From: an uncultured Alphaproteobacteria bacterium
GTDB lineage: Bacteria > Pseudomonadota > Alphaproteobacteria > ATCC43930 > CGMCC-115725
Reading direction: 5' to 3'
Length of the DNA stretch: 64,000 nucleotides
Assembly (NCBI GenBank): GCA_963777435.1
Contig: CAVZQT010000004.1
Coordinates: forward strand, 960,730-1,024,729
Under the pieces are notes generated by a model. That model did not search any database. It had not been told where the DNA came from and saw nothing but the letters and a program-made list of their open reading frames with translations. Below, one piece after another: positions 55,209-64,000 of this stretch. The position numbers were made by a program, and so were the translations under genes. Every line of letters begins with the position of its first letter. The stretch's first letter is position 1.

Positions 55209-56338
55209 TCGTCGGACGCGCCTTCCTGAAATGACCGGGGCAAGCCGAACCCGTGCCCTCCGCGCTTGCTGAGCACGGCGACCACTTGGCTAATGAGTTC
55301 TTCGAAGATCTCCGCTATCGTCTGCTCGCGGGTGACAAGACCCACGCTTTGGCCGGCCATTAGTGAGCCAGACTCGATGTCGCCGTCAATCACCGCGCGA
55401 CGCAGCGCACCGGCCCAAAAATGTTCAATCTCGAGTTGAGCCGCTCTCTGGGACAGCTCGCCGGACGTAAACCGCTCGATTATGTCACGTTGCAAGGTGA
55501 GGAAACGACCGCTCGCCGGATTTGCCAGAGCGCGCACCGGAATTACCGGAAAACGTGGGTCGAGCTGGAGAGAGATGATCGCGTCGCGGGCTGATGCTCG
55601 AATAAACGCTTGCTTGAACCGTGGGTGCGCTATTGATTCCTTGGCACATACAAAGCGTGTCCCCAGCTGAACGCCGGCGGCACCCATTTCCAAGTAGGCA
55701 AGGACCGCTTCGCCGCGGCCGATGCCGCCGGCCACGAACACCGGCACTTCCGACAAGTGCGGCAGGATTTCCTGGGCCAGGACTCCCGTCGAAACTGGGC
55801 CGACATGACCACCGGCTTCGTTACCTTCGATCACGATCGCGTCGGCCCCCATTCGTACGAGCTTGCGGGCCAAACCGATTCCAGGAGCAAAGCAGAAGAT
55901 CCGCGCTCCGCTCGCTTTCACACGCCGCATTGCTGCAGAAGTCGGCAGTCCACCGGCCAACACCACGTGACCGACCCGATGCTCCGCACATATTTCGATC
56001 AGCTCACCGAGCCGAGGATGGAGGGTGATCAGATTGACCCCGAACGGTCGATCGGTCAGCGCCTTGACTGCCGCAATCTCCGCCGAGAGCAAGTCCGGCG
56101 TCATTGATCCCGACGCTATGACGCCAAAGCCGCCGGCATTGGAGATTGCCGAGACCAAATTCCGCTCCGAAACCCAGGTCATTGCGCCGCCCATTATGGC
56201 TAGGTCGCTGCCGAGCACGGCGCGCCCGGGCGACCAAAGCCGGTCGAGTTGGGCACGGTACCCACAGGCCCCAGCACCGAGGACCACTGTGCGCTCCTCG
56301 ACCTCCGCGAACCTTGATGGGCTCCCGGCCTCGTTCAT
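55190..56338 (-). CDS. nitronate monooxygenase / FabK-like FMN oxidoreductase
   Basis: LVSAISNAGGFGVIASG and IVIEGNEAGGH motifs. ATGA overlap with the lysC stop. Confidence 0.82.
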   Translation of the reverse strand: MNEAGSPSRFAEVEERTVVLGAGACGYRAQLDRLWSPGRAVLGSDLAIMGGAMTWVSERNLVSAISNAGGFGVIASGSMTPDLLSAEIAAVKALTDRPFGVNLITLHPRLGELIEICAEHRVGHVVLAGGLPTSAAMRRVKASGARIFCFAPGIGLARKLVRMGADAIVIEGNEAGGHVGPVSTGVLAQEILPHLSEVPVFVAGGIGRGEAVLAYLEMGAAGVQLGTRFVCAKESIAHPRFKQAFIRASARDAIISLQLDPRFPVIPVRALANPASGRFLTLQRDIIERFTSGELSQRAAQLEIEHFWAGALRRAVIDGDIESGSLMAGQSVGLVTREQTIAEIFEELISQVVAVLSKRGGHGFGLPRSFQEGASDEWRGRG

Positions 56339-57555
56339 TCTTTAGCGTCTAGCCCATAAGCCGTATGGAGCGCCCGCAGCGCTAACTCTGTGTATTCCGC
56401 GGCAATCAGCACGCTGACCTTGATTTCGGACGTCGAGATTACTTGGATATTGATGCCTTTTTCTGACAGCGTTTTGAACATTTGCTGCGCTACACCGGCA
56501 TGGCTGCGCATGCCAACCCCGATTACTGAAATCTTCACAACGTTCGAATCCGGTTTCAGCGCGGCAAAGCCAAGAAGATCGCTCCGCTGCTCCAGAACAG
56601 AAATGGCGCTATCCAGATCCGCGCGAGCCACCGTGAATGTCAGGTCCGCGCGACCGTCTTCCGATACATTCTGAACGATCATGTCGACGTTGATCGCGTT
56701 CTCCGCGAGAGGGCCGAATATAGCCGCCGCGACGCCCGGCCGATCCGGGACCTTTTGTACAGTGATTTTTGCTTCATCGCGGCTGTAGGCGATGCCGCTA
56801 ACAACCTGCTGTTCCAAAATTTCTTCCTCATCGACCACTAGGGTGCCGGGAGCATCGATAAAACTCGACAGGACTTGCACGCGAACCCGATGATTCATCG
56901 CCATCTCAACCGAGCGTGTCTGTAGTACCTTCGCCCCCTGAGAGGCCATTTCCAACATCTCTTCATACGTGATCTTATCGAGCTTTCGTGCCTTCCTGAC
57001 GATGCGGGGGTCAGTTGTATACACCCCGTCGACATCGGTGAAGATATCGCACCGATCGGCTTCGAGCGCCGCCGCGAGCGCCACCGCCGAGGTGTCTGAA
57101 CCACCGCGGCCGAGTGTGGTGATCCGGCCGTGCAACCCGATGCCCTGGAAGCCCGCGATGACGGCGACCTGACCGCGCGCCAATTCTCGCCCGAGCCCGT
57201 CTACCTCCACCGAACGAATACGCGCTTTGCCGTGTATGTCGTCGGTCCGAATCGGTATTTGCCACCCGAGCCAGGATCGCGCATCGATCCCGATATTCTG
57301 CAGCGCGAGCGCCACGAGGCCTGCGGTGACTTGCTCACCGGAGGACACGACCACATCGTACTCGCGCGCGTCATGTAAGCGGCTGGTTTCCCTGGTCCAG
57401 CCAACGAGCTGATCTGTGGTCCCGGCCATCGCTGAGACGACGACGGCCACCTGATGGCCGTTTTTGACCTCGCGAGCCACGCGCAGAGCGACAGCCCTTA
57501 TCCTCTCGACGCCGGCAACCGAAGTGCCGCCGAATTTTTGAACCAAGCGCGCCAT
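56335..57555 (-). CDS. lysC: aspartate kinase
   Basis: MARLVQKFGGTSV and the kinase core, followed by two ACT domains. 406 aa. Confidence 0.96.
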   Translation of the reverse strand: MARLVQKFGGTSVAGVERIRAVALRVAREVKNGHQVAVVVSAMAGTTDQLVGWTRETSRLHDAREYDVVVSSGEQVTAGLVALALQNIGIDARSWLGWQIPIRTDDIHGKARIRSVEVDGLGRELARGQVAVIAGFQGIGLHGRITTLGRGGSDTSAVALAAALEADRCDIFTDVDGVYTTDPRIVRKARKLDKITYEEMLEMASQGAKVLQTRSVEMAMNHRVRVQVLSSFIDAPGTLVVDEEEILEQQVVSGIAYSRDEAKITVQKVPDRPGVAAAIFGPLAENAINVDMIVQNVSEDGRADLTFTVARADLDSAISVLEQRSDLLGFAALKPDSNVVKISVIGVGMRSHAGVAQQMFKTLSEKGINIQVISTSEIKVSVLIAAEYTELALRALHTAYGLDAKE

Positions 57556-57662
57556 CTATAATCTTAATTCGTGTCCGGGAGTTGCACGGGATCGTGCCCA
57601 CCTCATACTCTTTTGCGCGGCGTTCGACCATCGGGCACGAAACGGCGGCAAAGGAGAGCGCA

Positions 57663-58403
57663 ATGCAAGCCAGCGGGGGCACCGTCGATGCGGTCGATGT
57701 CGGCAGATTTGCCGAGCAAGCCGACGTCTGGTGGAATCCCGACGGAAGCTTTTTTGCCTTACACAAGCTTAATCCGGCAAGGCTCGGATTTATTCGGTCC
57801 CGCCTCGCGACCCATTTTCGCCGGGATCCGGCCTCTATGCGCCCGTTCACCGGTCTTAGCTTGCTCGATGTCGGCTGCGGCGGCGGCTTGGTGACAGAGC
57901 CGATGACCCGCCTTGGGTTTTCCGTGATGGGGATTGATCCTAGCCCCGAGGCGATCGCTAATGCGCGTGAGCACGCGCGGATGAGTCATCTCGACATCGA
58001 CTATCGCGCTGGCACCGTCGAAGAAGCCGCGGATGCCCACAGACATTATGATGTCGTTCTGGCCTTGGAGGTGATTGAACATGTCGCCGATTGCGATGCT
58101 TTCCTGCGTTGCTTGGGATCGCTGGTTGCGCCCGGCGGGGCCGCCGTCGTCGCCACCTTGAACCGCACCGCGCGCTCCTTCCTCCTGGCAGTTGTCGGCG
58201 CAGAATACATCCTCGGCTGGATCCCGCGCGGGACGCACGATTGGCGAAAGTTTGTTCGGCCCTCGGAGCTGATCCTAGGCCTTGGCCGCAACCGCCTTTG
58301 TGCGCTCGAGACTACCGGATTTGTCTATAATCCAGGCGATGCTCAGTGGAGCGTGTCTCAAGATATAGAGGTCAACTATCTCGTATTGACAAAAAAGATT
58401 TAA
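57663..58403 (+). CDS. ubiG: bifunctional 3-demethylubiquinol / 2-polyprenyl-6-hydroxyphenol methyltransferase UbiG
   Basis: FAEQADVWWNPDGSFFALHKLNPARL and the SAM motif LLDVGCGGG. ATG at 57663 is preceded by AAAGGAG; the track ORF starts at 57582. Confidence 0.92.
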   Translation: MQASGGTVDAVDVGRFAEQADVWWNPDGSFFALHKLNPARLGFIRSRLATHFRRDPASMRPFTGLSLLDVGCGGGLVTEPMTRLGFSVMGIDPSPEAIANAREHARMSHLDIDYRAGTVEEAADAHRHYDVVLALEVIEHVADCDAFLRCLGSLVAPGGAAVVATLNRTARSFLLAVVGAEYILGWIPRGTHDWRKFVRPSELILGLGRNRLCALETTGFVYNPGDAQWSVSQDIEVNYLVLTKKI

Positions 58404-58493
58404 TACGCCTAACCGTCGGTCGGAGGGATCCACGGAATTTGGCCGAACTTGATACCTTCATCGGCTAGTTCGCGGGATTCCGACTTGGTCGCC

Positions 58494-58823
58494 TCACCAT
58501 GAGATTCCATGCGCATCCGTTTCGCCGTAATGGATGCGGCGGGCTTCCTCCGCAAAGCGAGGGCCAACATAATCGCAATGCGTTTCGATCTGGCGACGCA
58601 TCTCGACCAGTGCCTTCCGCATTTCAGCCATAGCCGCAGGTGAAGGTGTGGCGTCCCGGGACCGGGAAAGACGCGGCGCCATGACCGCTTTATCTACAGA
58701 GCTGTCACCACAAACGGGGCAAGAAACCTCGCCAGCTGCGCGTTGCGCTTCAAAGCTGTCGCCGTCGCGAAACCACGCCTCGAATTCATGCTTGTTGGTG
58801 CAACGTAGAGTAAAAAGGATCAT
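58494..58823 (-). CDS. DUF1178 family protein
   Basis: MILFTLRCTNKHEFEAWFRDGDSFEAQRAAGEVSCPVCGD is the typical DUF1178 N-terminus. Confidence 0.8.
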   Translation of the reverse strand: MILFTLRCTNKHEFEAWFRDGDSFEAQRAAGEVSCPVCGDSSVDKAVMAPRLSRSRDATPSPAAMAEMRKALVEMRRQIETHCDYVGPRFAEEARRIHYGETDAHGISW

Positions 58824-59097
58824 CGAGACAGCCTCCTAGCCCCCGACTTTATGCGAGAAACTTAGATAGCAGCAATAATTACAAGGTGTTGTTACCATAT
58901 CCGCAAATCTCTGGGAATCGCACTCTCGCCCGAAACGGCCGCTCCGATTGCCGCGATTAACTCGCTCCTGAGTGCTCTCAGCTGCCTGGCAAAGTCGCAT
59001 CGGCCAGGAATTGTTGTCCGCCATCCACGCCGGCATGGGAAATTGGGGAGTGGAGAACCAGCTCACTGAGTCAAGATCGCCGGGCGCGCGGAACTGA

Positions 59098-59976
59098 TCA
59101 CTCGGCTGCCAGGCGCCCGACGCCATACTCGGAAAGCGAAAACGCCCGATCATGGCTCAGAGAGGGGAGCATCCTGCGGGCCTCGGCGACACGTGTGGGC
59201 TCGATAGTGGCGCTGACAATACCGACACCTTGTCCGGCATCGGCCAGCACTTCGCCCCAAGGATCAACGATCAGCGAGTGGCCGTAAGTCTGCCGCCGCT
59301 CGGCATGCTCGCCCCACTGGGCCGGCGCCAAAACAAAGCAGCCATTCTCGATTGCCCGCGCCCGCATCAGCACGTGCCAGTGAGCCGTGCCGGTCGGTAC
59401 CGTGAAAGACGACGGGATCGCTAGGAAATCGGCGCCCGCTTGCGCCAGGCTGCGATACAGATGCGGGAAACGCAGATCGTAGCAAATGGTCATGCCGAGC
59501 ACGCCCCACGGTGTCGCGGCTAAAACGGCATGTTCGCCCGGCCGAAATGCGCGGCTCTCGCGATAGCTTTCACCGCCTGCGAGATCGACGTCGAACATAA
59601 AGATCTTGTTGTAGCGGGCAACAATTCCGCCCGCTGCGTCGATCAGGTAGGAGCGGTTGGCGAGCCTATGCTCGCCTTCCGGTATCCCGGGCTCCCGCGA
59701 AATGTCCACCGCCAGAGAACCGATCAGCAACCATGCCCCAGTCTCGCGCGCGGCCTCGCGCAGGGTGGCCAGCACAGGGTGGTTCGCCTCGTCTCGCGCC
59801 TTCTCGCGACGCAACCTGCCGATTGGCTCGATCAGCCCGGTGTTCTCGGGCGTCAGCACAAAATCGGCGCCGACATCGCGTGCCCGTCGAACCAGATCAG
59901 TCACGACCTCGATATTTGGTTCGTGATCGCGGGCAGCGGTGAACTGAACGCACGCCGCGGTGAATGCGCTGTTCAT
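59098..59976 (-). CDS. carbon-nitrogen hydrolase (nitrilase superfamily) protein
   Basis: Glu-Lys-Cys type motifs (VLTPEN, YNKIFMFD, GMTICYDLRFP). 292 aa. Confidence 0.88.
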   Translation of the reverse strand: MNSAFTAACVQFTAARDHEPNIEVVTDLVRRARDVGADFVLTPENTGLIEPIGRLRREKARDEANHPVLATLREAARETGAWLLIGSLAVDISREPGIPEGEHRLANRSYLIDAAGGIVARYNKIFMFDVDLAGGESYRESRAFRPGEHAVLAATPWGVLGMTICYDLRFPHLYRSLAQAGADFLAIPSSFTVPTGTAHWHVLMRARAIENGCFVLAPAQWGEHAERRQTYGHSLIVDPWGEVLADAGQGVGIVSATIEPTRVAEARRMLPSLSHDRAFSLSEYGVGRLAAE

Positions 59977-60236
59977 CGATCGATCCCTAGCTTCGGATCG
60001 AGGCGTCCCGCCTGGTCGAGCGCGATCAGGTCATCGCATCCCCCAATATGCTCGCCATCAATAAAGATTTGCGGGACCGTAGATCGGCCTCCTGCGCGCG
60101 CAATCATCTCCGCGCGCCGCTCCGGTTCTTCCCCGAGGTCGATATCGAGGAACGAGACGCCCTTCTTCTGGAACAACGCCCGAGCCCGGGAGCAATAGGG
60201 GCAGAACATCGTCGTGTATATCTCGACTTCGGCCAT
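59973..60236 (-). CDS. grxC: glutaredoxin 3
   Basis: MAEVEIYTTMFCPYCSRARALF (CPYC active site) and TVPQIFIDGEHIGGCDD. Start moved to 60236. Confidence 0.92.
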   Translation of the reverse strand: MAEVEIYTTMFCPYCSRARALFQKKGVSFLDIDLGEEPERRAEMIARAGGRSTVPQIFIDGEHIGGCDDLIALDQAGRLDPKLGIDR

Positions 60237-60269
60237 CACGGTCCATCCGGAGTTGATCGCGTCAATCAA

Positions 60270-61034
60270 TTATGGCCCGACCCGCAGCGCTCGCGCCAGA
60301 GTGAGCACGCCAACCGTCGCCGCGCCGCCGCGCTTGAGAACGCGGGCGCATTCGTCGACGGTTGCCCCCGTCGTCATCACGTCATCGACCAAAAGCACGC
60401 GCTTCCCGGCTATCTTCTGCCGCTGGGGAACGGCAAAAGCGCTGCGCATGTTGCGCTCACGCGCGAGCGGCCCAAGATGGCCTTGCGATGAGGTGCTGCG
60501 CCGGCGGATGAGGCAATCGGTCACTACCGGCGGCCCGCCGGCGGCGTGGATCGAATGGGCCAGCAATGCTGCCTGATTGTAGCGTCGATGCAACAGCCGC
60601 GTCCAATGCAGCGGGACCGGCAGCAACAGCTCGGCTTCGACAACGATCTCACCGCAGAACCGCATCATCCAACGGCCGAGAGCACCCGCAACATCGGTCC
60701 GATCCGCATGCTTGAGCCCCAACACTAGATGACGGCTGCCTTTGTCGTAACGAAATACCGCTCTGGCCCGATCCCATGCATGTTTCCCTCGGGCGCAATC
60801 GGCGCAAACCGCTCCATCTCCGGCCGGATGCGGAAAAGGCAGACCGCAGACGGCGCACCACGGCGGCGCGAAAAACGTGATGCCGCTCCAGCAGCGGCCG
60901 CAGAGCGCGTCCGTCTCCTCGACAATCTCGCCGCAAGAAAGGCATCGCGGCGGCAATACGACGTCGACCAGCCCGCGTCCGGCTCGGCGCAGCTGAGCCC
61001 AGGCGCGCCGGGAGAGGGTTGCCGATGCGAGCAT
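60270..61034 (-). CDS. comF: ComF family protein (phosphoribosyltransferase domain)
   Basis: N-terminal Cys-rich zinc-ribbon pattern (PPRCLSCGE...CGRCW...CAVCG...CADC) and the PRT motif VLLVDDVMTTGAT. Confidence 0.85.
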   Translation of the reverse strand: MLASATLSRRAWAQLRRAGRGLVDVVLPPRCLSCGEIVEETDALCGRCWSGITFFAPPWCAVCGLPFPHPAGDGAVCADCARGKHAWDRARAVFRYDKGSRHLVLGLKHADRTDVAGALGRWMMRFCGEIVVEAELLLPVPLHWTRLLHRRYNQAALLAHSIHAAGGPPVVTDCLIRRRSTSSQGHLGPLARERNMRSAFAVPQRQKIAGKRVLLVDDVMTTGATVDECARVLKRGGAATVGVLTLARALRVGP

Positions 61035-61090
61035 CGATACACATCATCAGGCCGTAGGAGCACGGTCAAGCAAATCGCCGAAATGCCCTA

Positions 61091-61940
61091 ATGTCATCTT
61101 ACTCGAGTTCAACCGGCCGCGCTGTTCGATCGCCGCGCCTGGCGGCAGCACCGTAACCGAGCCGCGCAACAGGGTTGCGCCGACTTCCTGCATGCCGAAA
61201 TCGCCGAGCGGTTGATCGATAGACTTGAGGACATCCAGCGGCCGTTCGAGGCGGCGCTGGACCTGGGCGCTCATTGCGGGGCCTTGTCGCGCGCTCTTAC
61301 GGCCCGATTGGGGATCCGAGATATCGTCGCCGTGGAGCCGGCTCCCCTCTTTTTGAAGCAGTTGGGCGGCATGCGTGCCACCGCCGACCCCGACCTTCTG
61401 CCTTTTCGAGACCGGTCATTTGATCTCGTCGTCAGCGGACTCGCGCTGCACTGGGCGGGGGACCTGCCCGGGGCGCTGACCCAGCTGCGCCGAACCCTAA
61501 AGCCCGATGGTCTGATGCTCGCCGCGATGTTCGGGGGTGCGACATTGGTTGAGCTCCGGACGGCGTTGATCGAGGCCGAGCTTGCCGAAGAAAACGGCGC
61601 CAGCCCGCGCGTGTCGCCGACGGTCGAGCTGTTGGATGCCGTCGCACTGCTTCAACGCGCCGGGTTTGCGATGCCGGTGGTCGACGCCGACACGATTACC
61701 GTACACTTTCCCGACGTCATAGCTCTAATGCGAGACCTTCGCAGCATGGGTGAAACCAATGTGCTTGTAACCCGCCGGCGAGGGATGCTGCGACGCGCCA
61801 CCCTGGCGCGTGCGGCTGCGATCTATGCCGAACGCTTCGGTTCCGAGGGCAGCCGGATCTCGGCGACGTTCGAGGTTCTCTATCTGACCGGGTGGGCGCC
61901 GCAGACGCGCGGCGCGGGACAGCCGCTGACACGCGGCTAG
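61091..61940 (+). CDS. SAM-dependent methyltransferase (conserved comF neighbour), with 5' end irregularity
   Basis: The main frame opens at 61092 and reads ..PAALFDRRAWRQHRNRAAQQGCADFLHAEIAERLIDRLEDIQ...ALDLGAHCG...LVVSGLALHW. It has no ATG, GTG or TTG before 61212. The only nearby ATG (61091) is in the -1 frame relative to it. Confidence 0.7.
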
Positions 61941-62053
61941 AGACGCCGCGGTGGGGCAGCGCAGCGTTACGGCCCGCGGCTAGCGCTGACTAACAGCTAT
62001 AGCAGCGAACCGGCACGATCCGCATGCTTGTGGCTGAAAAGGATTGAGCAGAG

Positions 62054-62884
62054 ATGCCGGACATAGTGGTTTCTCGTTCGGGCGCAAACCTCGTGCCCGG
62101 CGAAGCGTATCTTTCGGAAACGCCCGTACTGCAGACACATGCCGGGACGCAGCCCGATTTATTTTTGCGCTGGACTACGATCCCGCTCGCCGTATCGGGC
62201 ATTGACGTCGTCGTTCACCTTCATGGGTTTTCGCGGAGCGGCGAGACAATGCCACTATCCGAAAAGGTGCCGCGCAGTGGGCTCGATTTGTCACGCCGAA
62301 TCCGGCCGACTCTGGCGTTGCTGCCGCGCGGCAACTGGCTGCGTTACAGCTGGTACGATTTCCCCGGCTTGCTCGCGGGTGGGGTCGACCGGCTGGTCGA
62401 TTATGCGCTTTCTTGCTTTTCCTCGACGGCCTACCTTGCGGGCGGCAAATTGGAGGTAAGCCGGTTTATTCTGACCGCGCATTCGGGCGGCGGCATGGCG
62501 GCGATCGACACAATTGCCGGAGTACGGCGGTTGCCCGACGAATTGTATATATTTGACGGTCTCTACGGCCGCGATCCCACCACGGGCGACCCGATGCGCG
62601 GATTGGAAACAATCGATCACTGGCTCGGCGAGCGGTTTGCGCGGGAGCCCGCCCGCCCCGGCGCGTTGCGCGTCGTCTACATAGAGCAGCAGACCGGCCA
62701 ATTTTCGCGCGAAGTCGGCAAGGTTATTGCACGGCATTTGGCGAACCTCGACTCGGCTGCCGCCGCCGCTCTCCGTCGCCGTTACCGAGTCGAACCCTCT
62801 GCTGTCCAGCATGCCCGGGTGGCAGAGCGTTGCGGGCCGGATTTGCTAGCCGCTTGCGATGTCGAGTTCGACTGGTTCCGCTAG
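62054..62884 (+). CDS. hypothetical protein, possible alpha/beta-fold serine hydrolase
   Basis: 276-aa ORF with VVVHLHGF and a nucleophile-elbow-like LTAHSGGG. The assignment is tentative. Confidence 0.4.
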   Translation: MPDIVVSRSGANLVPGEAYLSETPVLQTHAGTQPDLFLRWTTIPLAVSGIDVVVHLHGFSRSGETMPLSEKVPRSGLDLSRRIRPTLALLPRGNWLRYSWYDFPGLLAGGVDRLVDYALSCFSSTAYLAGGKLEVSRFILTAHSGGGMAAIDTIAGVRRLPDELYIFDGLYGRDPTTGDPMRGLETIDHWLGERFAREPARPGALRVVYIEQQTGQFSREVGKVIARHLANLDSAAAAALRRRYRVEPSAVQHARVAERCGPDLLAACDVEFDWFR

Positions 62885-63103
62885 GAAAGCGAAACAGCGC
62901 CAGAATAAATCGGTATTCTTCGCGAGCCCACGCAAAATGATCGAGCGGAAATACCGGCTCGCGGCCAGGTGAGTTTGCAACGTAAACCCCCTCGCGCCGT
63001 CGAGACCGCTTTGTTGCCACGGATGATTGCAGCCCTGTTCAAGCTATCATAGAAGGGGCAAAGGTCCCCAGTTGCGGGATGCGGTTGGAAATTGATTTGC
63101 CGA

Positions 63104-64000
63104 ATGCCGGAGGGTAATCAGCCAAACACACCCGGAGGCGATGGCGCAGCCGCCATCCAGGCGCGGCTTCCCGGCAGCTCCCCAGCGTTGTTGCGAGCCA
63201 TCCCGGACGAGGTCGTTTCCGACCCACGAATAATCGCCGCGCGGCGCTATCGCCGCCGGGTCTTGTTGGCGCTGGCGGGGCTGGTGGTCGCCATCGCTCT
63301 CTATTGGGGCTCGAGTTACGTTTTTGCCTACACCGACGACGCCTATGTGACCTCCGATCTTGTCGGCGTCGCGCCGTGGATCACCGGCCGGATTGTCGCC
63401 GTGCCGATCGTCGACAACCAGACTCTGACCAAAGGCATGTTGCTCGCGGAAATCGATCCGACCCCGTTCCGGCTTTCGCTCGCGCAACAACAAGCGAAGC
63501 GTGTCGAAGCCGAGGCGCAACTCGCGGTCGATCATGATTTGATAAAATCGGCGAAGGCGGCGCGCGACGAGGCCGTGGCGCGGGCGCGGCTGGCGAATGA
63601 TAATCTCGAACGCGCTCGACCCGTCGCGAATGCGGGGTTCTTGTCACGCCAGGCACTCGATTCAGCTACCGCGGCCGCGCAGGAAGCTGCTGCCGCTCTC
63701 GCGAGTGCTGAAACCGATGTCGCTAAGCAACGTCAGATGCAGGACCTGCACGAGGCGACAATTAAGGCGATCTCGGCGGATATTGCCTATCTGCAATGGC
63801 AACTCGATCAGACCAAAATCCTCGCACCAACCGACGGCACAATCACCAACCTGACTTTGCGGGTCGGTGATCAGGCGGTGGCGAACCAGCCGCTGATCGG
63901 TTTGGTGGACGCCCATGCCTGGCGCATCCACGCGAATTACAAGGAGAGCGTGATCCGTCACATGCAGGTCGGCCACGCTGCTTGGGTCTGGCTTGATACC
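63104..64000 (+). CDS. HlyD/EmrA-family membrane fusion (secretion) protein, 3'-partial at the window end
   Basis: This ORF runs off the window and is absent from the track. ATG at 63104, then a TM segment (VLLALAGLVVAIALYW), YVTSDLVGVAPWITGRIVAV, a coiled coil, and ILAPTDGTITNLTLRVGDQ. Confidence 0.8.
   Translation, partial: MPEGNQPNTPGGDGAAAIQARLPGSSPALLRAIPDEVVSDPRIIAARRYRRRVLLALAGLVVAIALYWGSSYVFAYTDDAYVTSDLVGVAPWITGRIVAVPIVDNQTLTKGMLLAEIDPTPFRLSLAQQQAKRVEAEAQLAVDHDLIKSAKAARDEAVARARLANDNLERARPVANAGFLSRQALDSATAAAQEAAAALASAETDVAKQRQMQDLHEATIKAISADIAYLQWQLDQTKILAPTDGTITNLTLRVGDQAVANQPLIGLVDAHAWRIHANYKESVIRHMQVGHAAWVWLDT

Noticed and set aside
1-64000. tRNA, rRNA, tmRNA genes or CRISPR arrays, including a tRNA as the prophage integration site at 9284-9635 or 43682-43706.
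   Set aside because: I could not recognise any cloverleaf-like sequence or regularly spaced direct repeats by eye. A tRNAscan or Infernal run would be needed to be certain.

Overview
High-GC alphaproteobacterial chromosome segment. The synteny argJ-mutT, clpB-DUF4167-prmC-prfA-hisS-ispG-rodZ-ptsP, lysC/ubiG and grxC-comF looks Rhizobiales/Hyphomicrobiales-like, but the taxon cannot be fixed from sequence alone. All family names come from motif recognition by eye; no searches were run. There are three blocks. (1) 1-9.3 kb holds housekeeping and metabolic genes: argJ, a NUDIX gene, a PrpD-family gene, a crotonase, pepF, an ABC1 kinase and an aminotransferase. (2) About 9.6-43.7 kb is a minus-strand siphovirus/GTA-like prophage element. 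Its order is CI-like repressor, divergent early genes, large terminase, portal, protease-scaffold, capsid, connector, tail genes, tape measure, a GTA-type distal tail module, a J/g15-like host-specificity protein and a spanin-like pair. I see no integrase, replication, endolysin or holin gene. The element is visibly decaying: a 1414-bp IS256-family element with a 9-bp target duplication splits a tailspike-like gene, two genes carry in-frame stop codons, and at least seven genes are frameshifted. (3) 43.7-64 kb is housekeeping again, from clpB to a partial HlyD-family gene at the window end; prmC and a methyltransferase gene are apparently frameshifted. The most unusual content is a roughly 9-kb GC-rich cargo block between the portal and prohead protease genes. 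It contains six consecutive, translationally coupled ORFs with classical signal peptides, among them a G1 (eqolisin-type) glutamic peptidase homologue and a glycine-rich fibre-type protein. A GT-A-like glycosyltransferase is also inserted in the distal tail module. No rRNA, tRNA or CRISPR array was seen.
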